64,000 nt of DNA from an uncultured Planctomycetaceae bacterium (GTDB lineage Bacteria; Planctomycetota; Planctomycetia; Isosphaerales; Isosphaeraceae). Shown here piece after piece: positions 53,636-64,000 of this stretch. The position numbers and the translations under genes were made by a program. The stretch spans positions 1,824,001 through 1,888,000 of the forward strand of contig CAWIAD010000002.1 in NCBI GenBank assembly GCA_963833985.1, in the 5' to 3' direction. The notes beneath the pieces were generated by a model. That model saw only the letters and a list, made by a program, of their open reading frames with translations, was not told where the DNA came from and searched no databases. The stretch's first letter is position 1; the number at the start of each line of letters is the position of its first letter.

Positions 53636-55759
53636 TTGGGCGAGCCGTTCGTCGCCCGCTGCTTCGCCGGCAGGGAGTACGCATTCTTCTACATCCCAGG
53701 AGCAATACCCTTGTCATCCCCTCCGAGCACGGATTCATCGACCACCAAGGCGGCGGGTCATGGACTGCATGAGCAGGATCAGCCGTCCCGCAGGCTGCCC
53801 ATCGGGGCCGAGGTCCAGGCGGCCGGCGGCGTCCACTTCCGGGTCTGGGCCCCCAGGTGCCGGCAGATCGAGGTGGTCTTTGAGGGCGAGGGTGAAGATC
53901 CCGGGCCTGTGGAACTCCAGGCCGAAGGGAACGGCTACTTCTCTGGGCTCGCTCCTGCCGCGCGCCACGGAATGCTCTATCGCTTGCGGATCGACGGCGC
54001 TGATTCCTACCCAGATCCGGCGTCACGCTTCCAGCCCCAGGGCACGCACGGGCCATCACAGGTGATCGACTGCGAATGCTTCGAATGGGACGACCACGAA
54101 TGGCAGGGCCTCAGGCTGGAAGGCCAGGTCCTGTACGAGCTGCACCTGGGAACCTTCACGGATGAGGGCACCTGGAGATCCGCGGCCGACGAGCTGGAGC
54201 GGCTCGTCGAGCTGGGCGTCACGGCGGTCGAGGTCATGCCGGTGGCCGAGTTCAGTGGAGCGTTCGGCTGGGGGTACGACGGCGTCGACCTGTACGCGCC
54301 CTACCACGTTTACGGCACCCCGGACGAAATGCGGCGATTCGTCGACCGGGCCCACAGCCTGGGGCTGGGGGTGATCCTGGATGTGGTTTACAACCACTTC
54401 GGTCCCGACGGCTGCTATCACCACGCCTTCTCCGAGCATTACTTGCACCGGGAACGCCACGGCAACGACTGGGGCGATGCGCTCAACTTCGACGGCGCCG
54501 AGAACGGGCCGGTGCGGGAGTATTTCATCAAGAACGCCGGTTACTGGATCTCGGAATTTCACCTCGATGGGCTGCGGCTCGACGCCACGCATGCGATCCA
54601 CGACGATTCGCCGGAGCACATTCTGGCAGCCATCAGCCGTGAAGCCCGGGCGGCGGGCGGCTCCCGGCAGGTCCTGCTCATTGCCGAGAACGAGGCGCAG
54701 AATGCGCGCCTGGTCCGGGACTTCGAACACGAGGGCTACGGGCTCGACGGAGTCTGGAATGACGATTTCCACCACTCGGCCCGCGTGGCGCTGACCGGCC
54801 GCCAGGAGGCCTATTACTGCGACTTCTCGGGCACTGTCCAGGAGATGATCTCGGCCGTGAAATGGGGCTACCTGTTCCAGGGCCAGTTTTGCAAATGGCA
54901 GCAGAAGCTGCGTGGAACCCCCACAACTGGCATCGCCGCGTCGCGATTCGTCACTTACCTGGAGAACCACGATCAGGTGGCCAATTCCGCGCGCGGGTTC
55001 CGGCTCAAGGACCTGACCAGCCCGGGGTGCTATCGGGCGGTCGCGGCGCTCTGGCTGCTGGCACCGCAAACGCCACTCTTTTTCCAGGGCCAGGAGCTTG
55101 GCAGCAGCCGGCCATTTCTCTATTTCAGCGATATGGCCGGCGAGCTGGGCGATGCCATCCGCACGGGCCGGGGCCAGGAGCTGGCGGGCTTCCGCAGCAC
55201 GACCCATCCCGATCTCAAGGCGTTTGCCACGGACCCGGTCTCTCAGGCCGCATTCCAGGAGTCGAAGCTTCCCGAGCCCGGAGACTTCCGCGCCAATCCG
55301 GTGTTCTTGCTGTTCCAGGACCTGCTCAGGTTGCGCCGCGACGACCCGACGTTCCGCCTCCAGCGGTCAGACACAATCGATGGTGCCGTCCTCGGGCCGC
55401 GGGCGCTGGTGCTTCGCTTCCGCAACGAAGGGAGCGGCGATCGGCTCCTGCTCTTGAACCTTGGCCAGGACCTCTATCCCGTGCCGAACTCCGAACCCTT
55501 GCTCGCTCCACCGGAGTCCATGGACTGGGCGATCCTCTGGTACAGCGAGCATCCCCGTTATGGAGGCTCCAGCGCGGCCCCGCTCGACTGCGGCCGTCCC
55601 TGGCGGCTCGCCGGCCACAGTGCCGTGGTGCTGGCCGCACGGCCCGCCGAGCCGCGGCCCGATCAATCGGAGATGGGTTCGCTTCATCCTGAGGATGAGA
55701 ACATTCACCCGGTGGTCCGCAGGAAGCGCAGTGAAGCCGCCGACGGACAGCCCTCGTAG
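53636..55759 (+). CDS. treZ: Malto-oligosyltrehalose trehalohydrolase
   Basis: FRVWAP, PDPASRFQPQG, WGYDGV, DVVYNHFGP, GLRLDATH, WNDDFHH and NHDQVAN. True start uncertain (53636-53770). Confidence 0.92.
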   Translation: MGEPFVARCFAGREYAFFYIPGAIPLSSPPSTDSSTTKAAGHGLHEQDQPSRRLPIGAEVQAAGGVHFRVWAPRCRQIEVVFEGEGEDPGPVELQAEGNGYFSGLAPAARHGMLYRLRIDGADSYPDPASRFQPQGTHGPSQVIDCECFEWDDHEWQGLRLEGQVLYELHLGTFTDEGTWRSAADELERLVELGVTAVEVMPVAEFSGAFGWGYDGVDLYAPYHVYGTPDEMRRFVDRAHSLGLGVILDVVYNHFGPDGCYHHAFSEHYLHRERHGNDWGDALNFDGAENGPVREYFIKNAGYWISEFHLDGLRLDATHAIHDDSPEHILAAISREARAAGGSRQVLLIAENEAQNARLVRDFEHEGYGLDGVWNDDFHHSARVALTGRQEAYYCDFSGTVQEMISAVKWGYLFQGQFCKWQQKLRGTPTTGIAASRFVTYLENHDQVANSARGFRLKDLTSPGCYRAVAALWLLAPQTPLFFQGQELGSSRPFLYFSDMAGELGDAIRTGRGQELAGFRSTTHPDLKAFATDPVSQAAFQESKLPEPGDFRANPVFLLFQDLLRLRRDDPTFRLQRSDTIDGAVLGPRALVLRFRNEGSGDRLLLLNLGQDLYPVPNSEPLLAPPESMDWAILWYSEHPRYGGSSAAPLDCGRPWRLAGHSAVVLAARPAEPRPDQSEMGSLHPEDENIHPVVRRKRSEAADGQPS

Positions 55760-55808
55760 CGGCCCTTCGCATCGCGAGCGAGCGAGCCAGGATATCATCC
55801 GCCGCAGG

Positions 55809-58800
55809 TCACTCGCTCAGCAGCAAGGCAATCGGGAAAGCCGCAAAGAGCGTGGCGGCTGCCAGGGTGACCTTTCCGCCAACCTGTTCAGCGGCCACGC
55901 TCTTGCCGCTGAACACATCCGTGAGCGTGGTACCCTGGCCGAGGCCGGGCACTTCCAGGGTCGTGTCCTGCCAGACGGCCTCTCCGAGCGGGAATGATGA
56001 CTCCGTGTCCAGCCGGGTTGTCAGCCGTGGGACCGCGACGATCGCCGTGCGCCTGCCGTCGCTGCGCAAGAATGCAAAGAAGCATTCCCCGAAACGGCCA
56101 TGACCTGACAGAGCCAGGTACTCGCCGGTGGTGAAGAGATCCGGGTTCCGCCGTCTTGCTTCCAGGGCACGCCAGTGCGTATACAGCTTGAGACGGCCGT
56201 CCGCCGGATGCGCCATCATTTCGCGGACCAGCTCCGCCGGGTTGCCCTGATGCGAGGTGATCTCCTCGAGCAGCGCCGAGCGTCTGGGATAATCAATGGG
56301 ACGGCGGTTGTCCGGATCGACCAGGCTGAAGTCCCAGAGCTCGGTGCCCTGGTAGAGGTCGGGCACTCCGGGCAGCGTGATCTTGAGCAGGGTCTGGGCC
56401 AGCGAGTTGATCATGCCGTGATGGCTGATGAACCGCTGGAACGGCAGGAAATCGTCCAGGAAAGCTGAGTCCTCCGCCCGATCCAGCACTCTGTGGACAA
56501 AGCGGTCGATCGCCTCGTCATACTCCGAGTCCGGGTTCAGCCAGCTACTGTGCAGCTTCGCTTCATGAATCGATTTGGCCATGTAGGCCCGCATGCGAAG
56601 GCAGAACGCGCACCAGCCCTCGTCATCCAGATCCTCGAGGGGCCAGGCGCCCAGCAGGTTCTGGTAGAAGAAGTTCTCCTCGTTACGATCCGGGGCGTCC
56701 TTGTCGTCGATCTGCGTCTTGTGCCGCTGGTTCAGTTCAGTCCAGCGCTCCAGGGCGCTGAACCAGCGGGCGGGAACCTCGGAAAGGACGTTGATCCTGG
56801 CGCGCACGTCCTCGCTGCGCTTCGTATCGTGCGTCGACAGCGGCGTGAGGGCGAACGGAAAGCGCGTGCGCCGCTCGCTGCTCCAGTGGTGAAGCTCATC
56901 GGGCGTGACGCCGAAGCGGCCCGGTTCGCCTCCCACCTCGTTGAGCGAGACGAGGCGGTTGTAGTTGTAGAACGTGGTGTCTTCCAGGCCCTTGGCCATG
57001 ACCGGGGCGGTCACCTGCTGAAACTTACCCGCGAATTCCTCGGGCCCGGGCTCGCCAGGCGGCAGCTCCTCGACCCCCGCAAAGCGGTTCAGCAAGACAT
57101 TTCGCAGGAACCGGAAGATCGCCGGGCTGGTGAGCGGGTTCAGCCGCATCGCCAGTCGAACCGCGCGCTCCACCAGGGCCCGATCCTGGTTGCTCTGGTG
57201 TCCGGGCGTGATGTAGCTGCGATACACCGGGAACGTGGCGATCACCTGCCGCAGGACGTGCCGCAAGGCGCTCTGCGTGAAATCACGCGAGCGCCGGTCG
57301 CGCAGGGCGATCCGCTCAAGCTGGTAGGCCAGGACATGCAGCTCGCTGGCGAGCGAGACCTCGAGGATGCGCAGCTTCTTCTGACGCACCAGCTCGCGGT
57401 AGGGCGTGTGGTCGTCGATCCAGTCGTGGTAGCGGCGCGTGAACTCGGCGGCGGAGGCCGGATCGACAAACAGCCCGCTGATCCGGTTCAGCGCCTCGTA
57501 GCCGGACGTGCCGCGGGTGCGCCAGTCGCCCGGGAAGTCCTCGTCGTAACCGAGGATCTTCTCGACGACCACGTAGAGCGGTGGAGTGTCCTGGTCGTGC
57601 GGGCTGCCGGCGCCCTCCGCCAGCCGCTGGCGCAGCAGCGGCTCGATCTCATCCCACGCGGGAAGATCCGCATCGCCGGACTCGTCATGCCGCTTGCGCG
57701 CGATGGCCAGGACGTAAGCCTCCTGAAGACGGTCCAGATACTGCTGCGGGTCGAGCAGGCCGTCAGGATGGTCGATGCGCAGCCCGATGGCGCCCTGGCG
57801 GGCCACGATATCGAAGATCAGGGCATGGGTCTCACGGAACACGTCCTCGCGATCGCTGCGCAGCGCGGCCAGAGCCGAGATATCAAAAAATCTCCGGTAG
57901 TTGATTTCATCGGAAGCGACGCGCCAGAACGCCAGCCGGTAGGGTTGGGCCGCGAGCAGGCCCTCGAGAGTGTCAAAACTGCGTGGATCTCCGGGAGTTC
58001 CGTTGAGGGTCGCAAGCGCGCCGTCGATGGCCGTGGCCACGGCCGGCTGGCCGGCGACGAGCGTGCCGATCCGCCGCTTGATGACTTCCTTTTCACGATG
58101 CCTCTCGGCCACGCCGGCAGGACTGCCGCTGGTATGTTCGGGCAGGTTGCGGATCGCGGTGAGGATGCTCTGATACTCCAGCGTGTCCTGGTGATCGGCG
58201 CCAATTGCTGCGCTGACGGTCGAGACCGCCGGTTCGAGGATCGTCTGGTAGCTCCTGGGGTCCAGCGGGAACCGATGGTCGTGGTACTGCACATGGAATG
58301 CGCCGCCCTCACGCTCGACGCGGAGCGCGCCTTGCTCGAGGATTTCCCCGAAGAGGTCCCCGAGAATGGGAATCAAGAGCCGGCCGCGGTTCTCGGGCCG
58401 GGTGGGAGCCAGCCAGTCGATGTCGAAGTACTGCGCGTGGGGAGACGCCTGGCCGTTCTCCAGCACATCGTTCCACCAGGGGTTCTCGTTACCCAGGATG
58501 CCCATGTGGTTGGGGACAACGTCGAGAACCAGGCCGAGCCCATGTTCCCGCAGGGCATGAACCCAGGCGGAATGCTCCTCGAGCGTGCCGATCTCCGGAT
58601 TGAGCGTCCGGTGGTCGGTGATATCGTAGCCGTGCGTGCTGCCCGGAGCGGCTTTCAGGTAGGGCGAGGCATAGCAGTCGGAGATTCCCAGCCGGGCCAG
58701 GTAGGGGACAATCTTCAGGGCATCGTCAAACCGGAATCCGGCGTGCAGCTGGATCCGGTAGGTGGCTTCCGGGACACTGCGCCGGCTGCAAATCTCCGCG

Positions 58801-58886
58801 CGGGCCGCGGAGAGCAGCACTTCGACGTAGGCGGCGTGATCACCGGGCGCCTCCTGCTCGGCGGCTGGCTTCGTGGCGGTGGACAC
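55809..58886 (-). CDS. treY: Malto-oligosyltrehalose synthase
   Basis: ATYRIQL, GSTHGYD, DVVPNHM, INYRRFFD, GLRIDHPDGL, VEKIL, STHDTKRSED and SLVDPDNRR. Confidence 0.95.
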   Translation of the reverse strand: MSTATKPAAEQEAPGDHAAYVEVLLSAARAEICSRRSVPEATYRIQLHAGFRFDDALKIVPYLARLGISDCYASPYLKAAPGSTHGYDITDHRTLNPEIGTLEEHSAWVHALREHGLGLVLDVVPNHMGILGNENPWWNDVLENGQASPHAQYFDIDWLAPTRPENRGRLLIPILGDLFGEILEQGALRVEREGGAFHVQYHDHRFPLDPRSYQTILEPAVSTVSAAIGADHQDTLEYQSILTAIRNLPEHTSGSPAGVAERHREKEVIKRRIGTLVAGQPAVATAIDGALATLNGTPGDPRSFDTLEGLLAAQPYRLAFWRVASDEINYRRFFDISALAALRSDREDVFRETHALIFDIVARQGAIGLRIDHPDGLLDPQQYLDRLQEAYVLAIARKRHDESGDADLPAWDEIEPLLRQRLAEGAGSPHDQDTPPLYVVVEKILGYDEDFPGDWRTRGTSGYEALNRISGLFVDPASAAEFTRRYHDWIDDHTPYRELVRQKKLRILEVSLASELHVLAYQLERIALRDRRSRDFTQSALRHVLRQVIATFPVYRSYITPGHQSNQDRALVERAVRLAMRLNPLTSPAIFRFLRNVLLNRFAGVEELPPGEPGPEEFAGKFQQVTAPVMAKGLEDTTFYNYNRLVSLNEVGGEPGRFGVTPDELHHWSSERRTRFPFALTPLSTHDTKRSEDVRARINVLSEVPARWFSALERWTELNQRHKTQIDDKDAPDRNEENFFYQNLLGAWPLEDLDDEGWCAFCLRMRAYMAKSIHEAKLHSSWLNPDSEYDEAIDRFVHRVLDRAEDSAFLDDFLPFQRFISHHGMINSLAQTLLKITLPGVPDLYQGTELWDFSLVDPDNRRPIDYPRRSALLEEITSHQGNPAELVREMMAHPADGRLKLYTHWRALEARRRNPDLFTTGEYLALSGHGRFGECFFAFLRSDGRRTAIVAVPRLTTRLDTESSFPLGEAVWQDTTLEVPGLGQGTTLTDVFSGKSVAAEQVGGKVTLAAATLFAAFPIALLLSE

Positions 58887-58904
58887 GGTCTCTCCCTTGT
58901 GCGC

Positions 58905-61134
58905 TCAGGAGTCTCGATGCCGCGGCAGCGTGGCGGAGGGCACGGGCATTTGCGGTTTGCGCGCCTCGCGGCGCAGCGATTCCACCTCGACGCGTGAGGC
59001 CGGCTGGCGGCCATCGGCCTCGTCGCGCGTGAACAGCACGACCAGGGAGCGATCGCGCAGGTCCAGGACGTCCCCGCCGTGCCTCGGCGACGGCATGTCG
59101 TCCCCGCTCGCGGTATCCAGCTCGCATTCCCAGATCTGCCCGTCCTGGGTCTTCGGTAGCGTGAACGGGATCGTTTCATGATGGGCGTTCAGGAGTACCA
59201 GGGCCGTCTCGTCCCTGATCGGCTCCCCGCGCTCGTCCACGTCGCCGATCACGTCGCCCGCCAGCCGCATGCCGATACACTTGACGAAGCCGCTGTCCCA
59301 CGCTTCGTCGCTCATCTCTTGCCCTGACGGTTCCAGGAACGTCAGGTCCTTGATGTCCGATCCGCGGAGGGCCCGGCCCTGGAAGAACTTCCGCCGCTGG
59401 AAGACGGGATGCTCGCGCCAGATCTGGCAGACGCGCCTGGTGAACTCGAGAAACTGCTTCTGCTCGTCGCTCAGATCCCAGTTCAGCCAGGTGAGCTCGT
59501 TGTCCTGGCAATAGGCGTTGTTGTTGCCTTTCTGGGTGTGGCAGATCTCGTCGCCGGCCAGCAGCATGGAGACGCCCTGCGAGAGCATGAGCGTGGCCAT
59601 GAAGTTTCGCTTCTGGCGCTGACGGATTTCCAGCACCACCGGGTTATCGGTCGGCCCCTCCGCCCCGCAGTTCCAGCTGTCGTTGCTGTTGGAGCCGTCG
59701 CGGTTCTCTTCGCCGTTGGCCTCGTTGTGCTTGTCGTTGTAGGAGACGAGGTCATGCAGGCTGAAGCCGTCGTGGCAGGTGATGAAGTTGATGCTGGCGT
59801 AGGGGGCGCGCCGGTCTGCTGGTAGAGGTCGCTCGAGCCCGCCAGCCGGGTGGCGAATTCCGAGACCGTGCCGCCATCGCCTTTCCAGAAGCGCCGCACG
59901 TTGTCGCGGTATTTGCCGTTCCATTCGGTCCAGAGCACCGGAAACGCGCCCACCTGGTAACCGCCCGGGCCAACGTCCCAGGGTTCGGCGATGAGCTTCA
60001 CCTGGGAGAGGATCGGGTCCTGATGGATGATGTCGAAGAAGGCGCCCAGGCGGTCGACCTCATAGAGCTCGCGGGCCAGGGTGCTGGCCAGGTCGAACCG
60101 GAAGCCGTCAACGTGCATCTCCACGACCCAGTAGCGCAGGCTGTCCATGATGAGCTGCAACACCTGCGGATGCCGCATGTTGAACGTGTTGCCGCAGCCC
60201 GTGAAATCCATGTAATAACGCGGGTCGGGCGCCAGGCGATAGTAGCTGGCGTTGTCGATGCCCCGGAACGAGAGCGTGGGGCCAAGCTGGTTCCCCTCCG
60301 CCGTGTGGTTGTACACGACGTCCAGAATCACCTCGATACCCGAGGCATGCAGCGAGCGGACCATCATCTTGAACTCACGCAGGGTTCCCTCGGGGCTGCC
60401 GTCGCTCGAATAGCGCGGATCGGCGCGAAGAAGCCAAGCGTGTTGTATCCCCAGTAATTGACCAGCCCCTTGTCCGTCAAGAAGCGGTCGTCGACGTGGT
60501 AATGCACCGGCAGCAGTTCCACGGCGGTGACGCCCAGGCCGCGGAGGTGCTGGATGGCGGCCTCCGACGCCAGCCCGGCGTAGGTCCCGCGGAGCTTCTC
60601 GGGCACGTCGGGCATCAGTTTGGTGAATCCCTTGACGTGCAGCTCGTAGATGAAGGTCTTGTGCCAGGGCGTGAGCGGCAAACGGTCATCGCCCCAGGTG
60701 AACGCGGTGTCGACCACCGCCGCGAGGGGAGCGAACTGGGCGCTATCGCGCTCGTCGACCGTGAGATCGGCCTCGGGGTGCTGAAGCTGGTAAGCGAACA
60801 GCGAGTCGTCCCAGGTCAGGTCCCGGCCGATCGCCTTGGCATACGGGTCGAGCAAGAGCTTTTTGGAGTTGAACCGCTGGCCGTTCTGCGGCTCGAACGG
60901 GCCATGGACGCGATAGCCGTACAGTTGCCCGGGAATGATGTCGGGAAAGTAATTGTGCCACACCTGCGCCGTCTGCTCCGCCAGCGGAAGCGTCACCGAC
61001 TCCTTGGCGTCATCGGCGGAATTGAACAGGCAGAGCTCGACCTTGGTCGCGTTCTCGGCAAAAAGACTGAAATTGACGCCCGCCCCATCCCAGGTCGCTC
61101 CCAGGGGGTAAGGTCGACCAGGCCAGACGCGCAT
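58905..61134 (-). CDS. glgX: Glycogen debranching enzyme; frameshifts ~60422 and ~59812
   Basis: [52 protein letters not shown] and GNNNAYCQD. Confidence 0.93.
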
Positions 61135-61213
61135 GGAGATCTCCGGAAAGTGGAAGAGGATCGTCAAGGAGCTGGATCACTCGCTCAACACAAACGTCGT
61201 GCGGCTCTCATTA

Positions 61214-61229
61214 TGCAGCTTTCGTGCCA
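61214..61229 (-). promoter_or_regulatory. Candidate sigma54 promoter for glgX-treY
   Basis: Minus strand TGGCACGAAAGCTGCA, close to the TGGCACG-N4-TTGC consensus, 80 bp upstream of the glgX ATG. Confidence 0.55.
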
Positions 61230-61324
61230 ATGCCGTTCCGTTCCGCCGGCTTCCGTCCGGCGTCATGCCAGGATCGCTGCCACGGCTCGCCGGGTGCCAG
61301 CGGACGAGTTCGTTCGCGCCTGCC

Positions 61325-61340
61325 CGGCATCCCGTTTGCG
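61325..61340 (+). promoter_or_regulatory. Candidate sigma54 promoter for the topoisomerase IB gene
   Basis: CGGCATCCCGTTTGCG, ending 12 bp before ATG 61353. Confidence 0.45.
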
Positions 61341-61352
61341 AACGGCTTCGAC

Positions 61353-62459
61353 ATGAGCAAGAAACTTCCCGAGGCGCACGTTCCGGTGCCTGTTTCGGAC
61401 CCGGTCATCGCCGCGCGGGCCGCGGGGCTGCGGTACACCAGCGACGCGCACCCCGGCATCACACGCAAGCGATCGGGCAGGGCCTTTCGCTACCTGGACT
61501 CGGACGGTCACGCGGTTCGCGAGCGCGAGACCCTGAGCCGGATCAAGAGCCTGGCCATTCCCCCCGCCTGGAAGGACGTCTGGATCTGTCCCTTGCCGTC
61601 GGGCCATCTTCAGGCGACCGGCCGGGATGAGAAAGGACGGAAGCAATACCGTTACCATCCGCGCTGGCGTATGGTTCGCGACGAGAACAAGTACGGCCGC
61701 ATGATCGCGTTCGGCAAGACGCTGCCGCGGATCCGCGAACGCACGGACCGCGACCTGGCCCTCCCTGGATTGCCGAGAGAAAAGGTGCTTGCCACCGTGG
61801 TCCGGCTGCTCGAGCTCTCCCTCATCCGCGTGGGCAATGACGAGTACGCCCGCAGCAACCGCTCCTACGGCCTGACCACCATGCGCAATCGGCACGTCGC
61901 GGTGGAGGGCTCGAGGGTCCGGTTCAGGTTCCGGGGCAAGAGCGGCATCGTCCACGAGATCGACATCGCCGACCGCAGGCTCGCCCGCATCGTCAACCAC
62001 TGCCAGGACCTGCCCGGACAGAAGCTCTTCGAGTACATCGACGAGGACGGTACGGTGCAGGAGCTGAACTCGGAAGCCGTCAACGACTACCTGCGCGAGA
62101 TCACCGGCCATGACTTCACCGCGAAGGACTTTCGCACCTGGGCCGGGACGGTGCTGGCGGCCCTGGCGCTCCAGGAATTCGAGGCATTCGACTCGCAGAC
62201 CCAGGCCAAGAAGAACGTCGTCTCCGCCATCCAGCGCGTGGCCGAGCGGCTGGGCAACACCCCGGCGGTCTGCCGGAAATGCTATGTTCACCCGAGTGTC
62301 CTCGACGCCTACCTGGACGGTTCCATGATCGAGTCGCTGAAGCGCAGGACCAAGGAGGAGATGGACGAATCGCTCGGCGACCTGCGCCCCGAGGAAGCCG
62401 CTGTTATGGCCTTGCTCCAGAACCGCCTGGCCCGCGAGCACGAAGCGCGCTCGGCGTGA
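61353..62459 (+). CDS. Bacterial DNA topoisomerase IB
   Basis: AIPPAW, GRKQYRYH, IRVGNDEY, FRGKSG, KDFRTW and LGNTPAVCRKCYVHP (catalytic Tyr). Confidence 0.93.
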   Translation: MSKKLPEAHVPVPVSDPVIAARAAGLRYTSDAHPGITRKRSGRAFRYLDSDGHAVRERETLSRIKSLAIPPAWKDVWICPLPSGHLQATGRDEKGRKQYRYHPRWRMVRDENKYGRMIAFGKTLPRIRERTDRDLALPGLPREKVLATVVRLLELSLIRVGNDEYARSNRSYGLTTMRNRHVAVEGSRVRFRFRGKSGIVHEIDIADRRLARIVNHCQDLPGQKLFEYIDEDGTVQELNSEAVNDYLREITGHDFTAKDFRTWAGTVLAALALQEFEAFDSQTQAKKNVVSAIQRVAERLGNTPAVCRKCYVHPSVLDAYLDGSMIESLKRRTKEEMDESLGDLRPEEAAVMALLQNRLAREHEARSA

Positions 62460-62506
62460 CCGGCAGCCGCCCGCTTCATTCCATTCCGCGGGCCGGCCGG
62501 CAAGGT

Positions 62507-63264
62507 TCACTGCCTGAGCTGCGTCCGGTACCGCTCCACGAAGCGGTCGTAATCCTCGGGGGTGTCGATGCCGATGCTGGGTTCCTCGACCACGGCGATG
62601 GCGATGGGATGGTCAGCCTCGAGCACGCGCAGCTGCTCCAGTTTCTCGGCGGTCTCCAGGTCGGATCGCGGCAGGGCGCTGATGGACAGCAGGAACTCGC
62701 GACGGTAGGCGTAGATGCCAAGGTGCAGGTGCGCGATCGGGCCGCCCGCGGTACCGCTGGCTGGCAGTCCGTCGCGGTGACAGGGAATCGGGCTGCGCGA
62801 GAAATAGAGGGCGCGCCCGCGGCGCGAGCAAACGACCTTCACGCAGGATGGGTCGCGGTACACGGCCGGGTCGCGGATGGGCGTGGCCAGCGTGGCCATG
62901 GGCGCGTCAGGATCCTGGACCAGGAGCGCGACGAGGCGGTCGATCGTGGTACCGGCGATTTCCGGCTCGTCTCCCTGGATGTTGACGATGATGTCGGCTC
63001 GCTCGATGCGCCGGCAACCTCGGCCACGCGGTCTGTGCCGGTGGCATGATCGCCGCGGGTCATCATGGATTCACCGCCGAAGGCGGCGACGGCGTCGGCG
63101 ATGCGCGGATCGTCCGTCGCGACGATGATCCGCTGTAGTGATTGTGCCTGCCGCGCGGCTTCCACCACGTGCTGGATGAGCGGTTTACCGGTGGCGGTCA
63201 GAAGGGGTTTGCCGGGCAAACGGGTGGAAGCGAAACGAGCCGGGATCACCGCGATGATTTCCAT
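62507..63264 (-). CDS. kdsB: 3-deoxy-manno-octulosonate cytidylyltransferase; frameshift ~63010
   Basis: [27 protein letters not shown] (alternate frame), [24 protein letters not shown] and GIDTPED. Confidence 0.93.
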
Positions 63265-64000
63265 TTTCGGGGCGACCTTGCTTGATTGCTGAACCGATAG
63301 AAGGGGCACTGACCGAGGACAGGTCTCAGGCAGGGCCGTCGAAAGTCGCCCACACTCTAGAGTGTCCCATGAAGGGACACAAGACGGAGTGAACGGCCGA
63401 TCGAGGCAGCCAGGCAAGGGCCCTCTCCCCGAGGCATCGATGGCCCGCTCCCCGCACGGCGGGGCAGGGCAGAACGGGGCGAGCGGATCGCGCCGAGGAC
63501 CAGGCCGCGTGGCGGCCGGGTTCGATGGGATCGGAGGCTGCTAGCCCCGCTCTCCCTCAGGAGGTCGTTGCTGAATCACCGTTGCCGGCAGCGGGGGAAG
63601 AGTGTCCCCAGACTCTTTTGCCCCGTACCGGAGCGACGTGGATTCTCTGCGCTCAGGCTGGCGGATCGGAGGTGGCGGAGAGAGGCGTGATCGGATTGCC
63701 TGCACGTCTGGGAATCTGCAAGCGCTTCTCGAACGACGGTCAGCCGCCGTTTCTGGAACCGAACAACATTGTCACACGCTCTGTAGACCCTGTCTCGACC
63801 AGCAGTTGGGCCGGGTCTCCGGGCGCCGTGCGCTCGGCCGAAATGATTCGGCCCGCGTTCGGCGCACGCCATGGACGGGGGGCGTTCACATCCGATTTGC
63901 GGGGCGGCCTGAGCCAATGGTATGGCGGCCGTCTGGGGAGTTTCGATTCATGGTATGGACCCAGAACCGCATCCGCAGTCGCCTGTCTCTGCGTCGACAT

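Noticed and set aside
1928..63264. Treating the many split genes as pseudogenes or programmed frameshifts
   Set aside because: The lesions are isolated 1-2 bp deletions in one sequence context, including in conserved housekeeping genes, with no nonsense decay or slippery-site pattern. Sequencing error is more likely.
63265..64000. ncRNA or small genes in the terminal ~700 bp
   Set aside because: Only isolated hairpins (e.g. GTGTCCC-ATGAA-GGGACAC at 63362-63380) and ORFs without recognisable features; not enough support.

Overview
GC-rich bacterial window. The gene content (tandem DUF1559 genes, DUF1800/DUF1501, BlaI/BlaR1-M56, PVC-type heme protein) points to a planctomycete, probably Isosphaeraceae-like; this is an inference. 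About 38 protein genes are supported, including glpD, tdh-kbl, ilvD, cysE, treZ/treY/glgX, topoisomerase IB and kdsB. No rRNA, tRNA or CRISPR array was recognised. About 15 genes are split by 1-2 bp indels, nearly all in GCGC contexts, most likely long-read errors. Main points of interest: (1) a minus-strand locus at 3.2-12.9 kb with an unannotated 57-aa Glu/Gln/Ile/Val heptad-repeat peptide, a CHAT-nSTAND-TM-FGE receptor, a secreted triple-PDZ-like protein and a caspase-like protease fused to a lipase, a candidate NLR-like proteolytic signalling or defence system; (2) an IS200-type tnpA at 35.3-36.6 kb surrounded by covarying end hairpins, GTAG-led REP-like palindromes, 22-bp and 24-bp tandem arrays and a duplicated orphan end; (3) two copies of a TIR-bounded REP-palindrome element; (4) sigma54-type -24/-12 motifs in front of the trehalose and topoisomerase IB genes. 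All calls come from reading motifs by eye; no database searches were run.
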